The position numbers and the translations under genes are program-made. The notes below the pieces were generated by a model, which saw only the letters and a program-made list of their open reading frames with translations, was not told the origin of the DNA and ran no database searches. Positions 58,250 through 64,000 of a stretch of 64,000 nucleotides of DNA are shown piece after piece. The first letter of the stretch is position 1; every line of letters begins with the position of its first letter. The stretch lies in NCBI RefSeq assembly GCF_024521635.1, contig NW_026250410.1, positions 124,001 through 188,000 on the forward strand, in the 5' to 3' direction. The DNA is from Tricharina praecox. Its lineage: Eukaryota.

Positions 58250-59377
58250 ATGTACGCCTCCTCGACATTCGTCGCTCTCCTCTTCGCGGCACTTGCGGTT
58301 GCCGCGCCGATGCCGAAGCCGCAGCATATCCCTAGCAGTGCTGCTGATGGGTCGATGACCATCTTGCCAATGCCGACTGGTACCGGGGCTCCCAGCGGTA
58401 TGCCTACGGGCCTACCGGAAGTGGGACTTCCGAGTGGTTTGCCTACTGGTATACCGACAGGCTTCCCCGAGGGCAGCCTGCTCAGCGGCATGCCAACCGG
58501 CCTGCCGACTGGCGGCTTCTCTGATATGCCGACTGGTCTGCCTACCGGCGGGTTTCCCGGTATGCCGACTGGCGGCTTCACTGGTATGCCGACTGGCCTC
58601 CCTACTGGCAGTTTCCCCGGCATGCCGACTGGTCTCCCCACTGGCGGGTTTCCCGGCATGCCAACCGGTGGCTTCCCCGGCATGCCAACTGGCCTTCCTA
58701 CCGGTCTTCCCACTGGCGGTTTCCCCGGCATGCCAGCCGGCAGCTTGTCCGGCCAGCACGCCGTCCAACACGCCGGCCAGCACCACGGCGGCTTCCCCGG
58801 CGGCTTTCCGGGCGGCTTCCCCGGTTCGCCCACCGGCGGGCTACCCTCCGGCTTCCCTAGCTTCCCCTCGGGCATCTTCCCGCCCAGCGGCGGCGCGTAC
58901 CCCACCGGCATCCCAGCAGGAATCTTCCCTCCCAGCGGCGCATACCCTACCGGCATCCCAGCGGGAATCTTCCCACCCAGCGGCGGCGCTTACCCAACCG
59001 GCGGTGCCGGCGACTACACGGACATTCCCGCCGCTCCGTCCGGACTAGTCGCCCCCACCGCCGGCTCAGACGCCCCCGTATCGCCGCAGGCATCCACCTA
59101 CGCCGGCGAGCCCGCGGTCCCCACCGCGACCGGCACCGCAGACGCCCCGGCTGCCACGACCACGACGGCCCTCGGCGGCCTCCCTGATCTTAGCAGCTTG
59201 TTGAGCGGGCTGTTGGGTGGCACGGGCGGCACGGGAGATCTGAGTAGTCTGCTGAGCGGGCTGCTGGGCGGTACGGGCGGCACGGGAGGCACGGGAGATC
59301 TGAGTAGTCTGCTCAGTGGGCTGCTCGGGGGTGTGACTGGTGAGGCGGCGGGTGAGGTTGTTGGTGGGTCGGAGTAG
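58250..59377 (+). CDS. Secreted Gly/Pro/Thr-rich repeat protein (375 aa)
   Basis: Signal peptide MYASSTFVALLFAALAVA-AP. Repeats of GMPTG(LPTG)GFP, YPTGIPAGIFPPSG and DLSSLLSGLLGG x3. TATATAAG at ~58068. Confidence 0.88.
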   Translation: MYASSTFVALLFAALAVAAPMPKPQHIPSSAADGSMTILPMPTGTGAPSGMPTGLPEVGLPSGLPTGIPTGFPEGSLLSGMPTGLPTGGFSDMPTGLPTGGFPGMPTGGFTGMPTGLPTGSFPGMPTGLPTGGFPGMPTGGFPGMPTGLPTGLPTGGFPGMPAGSLSGQHAVQHAGQHHGGFPGGFPGGFPGSPTGGLPSGFPSFPSGIFPPSGGAYPTGIPAGIFPPSGAYPTGIPAGIFPPSGGAYPTGGAGDYTDIPAAPSGLVAPTAGSDAPVSPQASTYAGEPAVPTATGTADAPAATTTTALGGLPDLSSLLSGLLGGTGGTGDLSSLLSGLLGGTGGTGGTGDLSSLLSGLLGGVTGEAAGEVVGGSE

Positions 59378-60050
59378 AACAGGTGGGCGGAGTGTATATA
59401 AGGGTGGATTTCCGGCTGCGCCGGAGGGGATTTGGGATTTGGGGTTTGGGGTTTGGGATTTGGGGTTTGGGGGTGGGGGTGGTTGTACTGTAGTGTACGG
59501 GAAAGAAATGCACATATAACATACTTCATACACACATACACATATACACACATGCATACATGCGAATAACAGCGTGATCTGGGGATGGTCACTTCTGGAT
59601 ATCCCCAGGAAAGTCTTCCCGACTTTCCTGTCCTAAGTGGGCCGACACCTAGGTGCTCGGGATCCCTATTAGTTAGGGCCGAGTGACGAGACGTTGCACC
59701 GGACCTCGCTCTAGCCTAGCCCAGTCAGTGCTTCAGATCTAAACTAGAGCTGCACACGATATCATTCGTAGTGTGAGTCCGAGTGATCGTGATCCCACCT
59801 CACAACGGGCAAGTTCGGGGTCGATTGTCTGTGGGCCATAACATGTGCTTGGTGGCTAGCCCACTACCACCACTACCCCTCCTCCTCCTCCTCCTCCTCC
59901 TCCTCCTCCTCCACCTCTACCTTCCCCCCTCTCCACCTCCTCCTCCTCCTCCACCTCTACCTTCCCCCCTCTCCACCTCCTCCTCCACCACCAACATCAA
60001 CATCACCCTCCCCTCCCCCGACCATCCACCCCAACACCCCTCGAGTCACG

Positions 60051-60494
60051 ATGCCGACCACCAATCCCCCTCCTCTCACGCCCGCCGAGCGCCAAGCCCT
60101 CGAGGAGTTTATGCTACCCCGCCAGCACTCCCTCCGCCACTCATCACCATACACCCCGCTGGACGACGCCCACGCCTCCTCACACGTCTCCCCGCAGGTC
60201 GCCACCTACCTCCAAGGCTGCCCTTCCTCTTCCCACCCCTCCTCGTCCCACCCCCCCTCCTCCCGCACCTCCTCTCTGGAACAGCGTGGCCAGCCCGGAG
60301 AATCTAAATGGTGGGAACACAACCCGTCTATCCCCGAGCATACGGCGCGCCGGGCGCTGAAGCTGGTCAAGATCGCGCTGTATGCGGTCGGTGCCGCGAT
60401 CGTGGTGCATGAGCTCGGCGTGGCTGGGGGGGTGGTCGCACTGGTCACCGCTGCTGCCGTGGTGGTGGGGGGGAGGGGAGGGGGGGTGTGGTAG
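60051..60494 (+). CDS. Orphan protein with C-terminal hydrophobic hairpin (147 aa), possible paralog 3
   Basis: N-terminal NPPP. C-terminus ARRALKLVKIALYAVGAAIVVHELGVAGGVVALV parallels ARKVRRCVAAAVLACGVAIFVRDFGWRGLAIVV of 30559-31107. Confidence 0.6.
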   Translation: MPTTNPPPLTPAERQALEEFMLPRQHSLRHSSPYTPLDDAHASSHVSPQVATYLQGCPSSSHPSSSHPPSSRTSSLEQRGQPGESKWWEHNPSIPEHTARRALKLVKIALYAVGAAIVVHELGVAGGVVALVTAAAVVVGGRGGGVW

Positions 60495-61598
60495 ATGGAT
60501 ACGAAGATGGAGCTGGGGCTGCTGCTAAAATCCAAGGCTTTGCGGTTCGAGTGCCGAGTGTGATGCGGTGGAACTGGGCGAAGCGGTAGATTGTCATGAT
60601 ACCTAAAAATCTTCTGGCCTCTCTTCTTAGTCTTTGTCTTTGTCTTCTTCTTGGTCTCGCTTCTCTCTTCTTCCGGTGCCGTATCTATCTAATCTGTAAT
60701 CTGTAAACCGTGTAAACTGTGAACCGTGTGATTGGTTACCAACTTACCGTTGACTTTGGGGATTGGGACTGGCACTCGCCCAGGTATGGATGTGCATACA
60801 TAAGATGCAGATGGCACGCATGCACTCCGCACCGCAATGATCTACAGCACTCTACCTACCGGCCCAGAGGCGAATGTTGGGGAAGCCTAGCAGTGAACAC
60901 CGCCGGGCGGTGATATGTACCTAGATTACCTGCTTGCGTAGTAGTTAGAGTACGAGGTAAATGCATGCACCGTCGATCCGCTCTGCTTGAGGAATGGGGA
61001 GAGCGAGTGATATCGAAAGCATATAGTCGAGTGAGGAGTGGACGGTTGGACGGATAGCCTGATATATAGCGCACGATTTGGCATTCCTGTGTGTGCCTGT
61101 AGGCTGTTCGTTCCCCAGTGGATGCACTCGGAGTTTGCTTCCTTCCGCCGAGTCGGTACATTTTATGCATGTACCTACTCTAGGTATCAGTTGGAAAGTG
61201 GCCGTTGGCAGCGAGTGGAGTCACTACGGTACAGACGGTCAACACACCAGTAACCACCCTCTTCCAGTCGAAAACTCGAGAGACGGCCGGCCGGTTATCT
61301 CCGCAGAGGCAGAAGCGGGGACGGGGGGGGGAATCATTTTATTGACGTGTCTATAGACCTAAGTAGATCACAACGTCCACACAAAAGGGAGCCACCGCCG
61401 CCGCCTGTCTGCGAGAGAGAAGTGCACTGTCCAATGAAAAAGAAGCGGGGACGTCGTCGAGGTCTTTGACTCTCTGGCGGCTATGGAGAGGTAGATCTTC
61501 GAGACTAGGCGCTGCGCACTGGGCGGCACCGGGCGGCAGTGTTGACTCTTTGAGAAGCGCCGCGCCCAGAATAGTAACCGGTCCGTTGACGGTCCACT

Positions 61599-61844
61599 GG
61601 TCCAGTACCTTTAAACTACTACACTTGTTAAAAAAACGAATTCCTTGCGTTTTTACTGGTGCGTGGGTGCGTGGCAGGTTAACTGTTCGCCAAGGCCGCG
61701 CGTCTGTGGACTCCATTGACAGGGAGATGGGCTATGTAGCGCACGGTATGGGGGGCTGAGGCGGTGGAGCACCTACCGTACCTGCCTATATAGGCTGCGG
61801 CCACTGTATGAAAAGAACATACAGTAGTTTAAAGGTACTGGACC
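61599..61844. repeat. Perfect 22-bp inverted repeat pair (possible MITE or transposon ends)
   Basis: GGTCCAGTACCTTTAAACTACT (61599-61620) and AGTAGTTTAAAGGTACTGGACC (61823-61844). Confidence 0.7.
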
Positions 61845-62159
61845 GTCGAACACCTGCGCCAATCATCTTCCAGTGCTTAGTGTTCACAGCCTTCCCCATC
61901 TACCATGTCGCTCGCCAGTGCCACCAGCCACCGACCACCAGCCACCGACCGCCCCTCTCATCCCATCCCATCCCATCCCAGCACCCCCTCTCCCCTCTTG
62001 GCTCTCCCCCCGGGCTCTCAGCCGCGCACCCTCCCAGCTCCCAGCTCCAGGCTGCAGCACCCCTCCGGGAAGCTCCGGGAAGCTCCGGTCACCCACCGGT
62101 GACCATGAGGCTGAGGCTGAACCCTCACGCTCATTATTTTTTGTTTGAATCTTGATGCC

Positions 62160-62228
62160 GCCCACGCAGCCCTCGCAGCCCTCGCAGCCCACGCAGCCCT
62201 CGCAGCCCACGCAGCCCTCGCAGCCCAC
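62160..62228. repeat. 9-bp tandem repeat (CGCAGCCCW)n
   Basis: About 7 visible units. Confidence 0.9.
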
Positions 62229-63090
62229 GTTTTTTTCTTCTTTTCGTGTGTGAGCAGCACGCGTCGGAATCCAATCATATCACAGACCGTAGATGTGATC
62301 GGAGCCGAAGTAGGGGAAGGATGGTTAGGTGGTGGACTATCTCGGGTACTCCAGGATCGCACATGGTTCTCTGCTGACTCTTTGGTTGCGGGATGGATGG
62401 ATGGATGGATGGATGGATGGTTGGATGGTTGGATGATGCGCGGCTGCACGGAATGTTTCTCCCTACCTAGAGTAAACTGGATACCTACACTACACTACCT
62501 GATATGATACTGTAAACAGCTTCCTGATCTCGGCTTTGCACCTGCACAGTGCTCGCATGAAGCCCAACACACTCAGAATACCGAAGTAGAGTACCTACAT
62601 AAAAGGTAAATGGCACCTTACTGTTTGGTCTCGAGTCTCTGCGGACTGGCGGCTGGCCCATCCCATCCTCGACTCCGAGTCCCGAGCGATAAACAATAAA
62701 CAAGCTGGGACCACCCTCCATCCATCCACCATGGCACCACCACCACCACCACCAGCAGCAGGCCTCGAAGAGTCAGAGGGGCGCGAATGTGTGGCGCCCC
62801 GACAAGTGAACCTCATAGCCGCCGCCCTCAACGCAACTTGCTTATTTTTGCTTGCCTTACCGCTTCAGAGTCCAGCTGGCTTCCACGGTTGCACCCTCCA
62901 CGGTTCCACCCTCCACCCGCAACCCTCCATTCCCGTGACGCATCCCTTACCGCGAGCGCGGTGCTCGGTGGGGTACCGGGTGGGCCAACCGGATTCGTTA
63001 GCCGTGGGCGCTCTTCGTCGTCTTCTCCTTCGTCTTTTTATATCTATCTGGCCCGGTCGGGTTATCTACTACCTGGAAGGCGGCAGAAAG

Positions 63091-63093
<3 letters not shown>

Positions 63094-63126
<33 letters not shown>

Positions 63127-63158
63127 AGGAGAGAAAGAAAGAAAGAAAGAAAGAAAGA
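63094..63158. repeat. (GAAA)n microsatellite
   Basis: Directly visible. Confidence 0.9.
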
Positions 63159-64000
63159 AGATTTTTATAGCCAGGTGGGTGTGCTACTAGGTAGTAGGAA
63201 GTAGTATCATGAGCTCAATTCTGGGGACTTTCTTCTTCTTCTTCTTCTTCTTCCTCCCCATTCGTGACTGACTGACTGACTGACTGACCGCACTTCCATT
63301 TCCTTAGCCCTTCCTTCTACTTGCTCCATCACTCTGCAAGGTACTCCACATCCGCGTTTTTCTCATCGTTGCGCCGATAGATTAATTGCCATTCTTCGCG
63401 TTCTGCACGTCTACATAACTATCATACCTATCTGGTTACCGTATCGTTACTGTCTATATACTGCCCAGCATCCCGTGCGCCTGCCTGCCTGCCGTGCCTC
63501 ACTCTCACTTCTACTCGCGATCCGGACGCCTCGAGTCTGCTTGCTTGCCTGTGCTTGCTTCTTGCTGGGAGTATCCATCTCACTAACTCCCACTAACCCC
63601 TCATCTCATCGCTCCATCTTCGATTCCACACTCACCGCCGCCGCACGGCAGAAGGGATTCTCGCTTCCTTTCATTCCTCCTTCCCCATGTTAGCATCGCC
63701 CCGTTGAAAAAGGTCCCTTACGCAACCCCCCCCCCCCCCCCCCCCCCCACCACCCCATCCCATAAACAACAATAACTACCTCCCTCCACCAACAACAACA
63801 ACAACAACAACACTCCATTCTTCCTCCTACTCCTTGTGCGCCGAAGACTTTCCAAGACCCAATCCAATCCACAATCGCCAGTCATCATCTCGAGAGTCAC
63901 CAACCAACTCGCGAGCCACCAGCCTTTATCCCCCATCATTTGCCACTCCCCCAAAGCTTGAAACCCACACCCCCCCCGTCCCCCACCCACTCGTACATAG

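Overview
Eukaryotic DNA from a filamentous ascomycete, judged from short GT-AG introns with CTRAC branch points and Pezizomycotina-type genes. A Pezizomycetes origin is only my impression. Conserved genes: 3' part of an NDT80/PhoG transcription factor, a non-secreted LysM protein, RTR1/RPAP2, BBC1, FarA/CTF1-alpha, an ECM11-like gene, MSP1, MCD4, mitochondrial bS21 (MRP21) and SNU71/RBM25. Also present are two secreted low-complexity proteins, a three-member orphan family of small proteins with a C-terminal membrane anchor, and several non-autonomous TIR elements and hAT relics (5.6-17.4 kb, 27-30 kb, 42-44 kb). Most unusual feature: a non-coding ~750-bp element in three near-identical copies (5.8-6.6 kb minus; 13.4-14.1 kb and 28.6-29.3 kb plus). 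It is an almost continuous array of stem-loops with recurring loop motifs (GUGAGAG x3; UYUACYACC x4), with compensatory and G.U changes pointing to one strand. It is preceded by a TATA box and intron-like leader and sits next to a tRNA-like A/B-box module. Second: a ~2-kb inverted duplication bounded by MITE TIRs brackets farA, and its orphan gene appears more diverged than the flanking non-coding DNA. All alignments and folds were done by eye; no searches were run.
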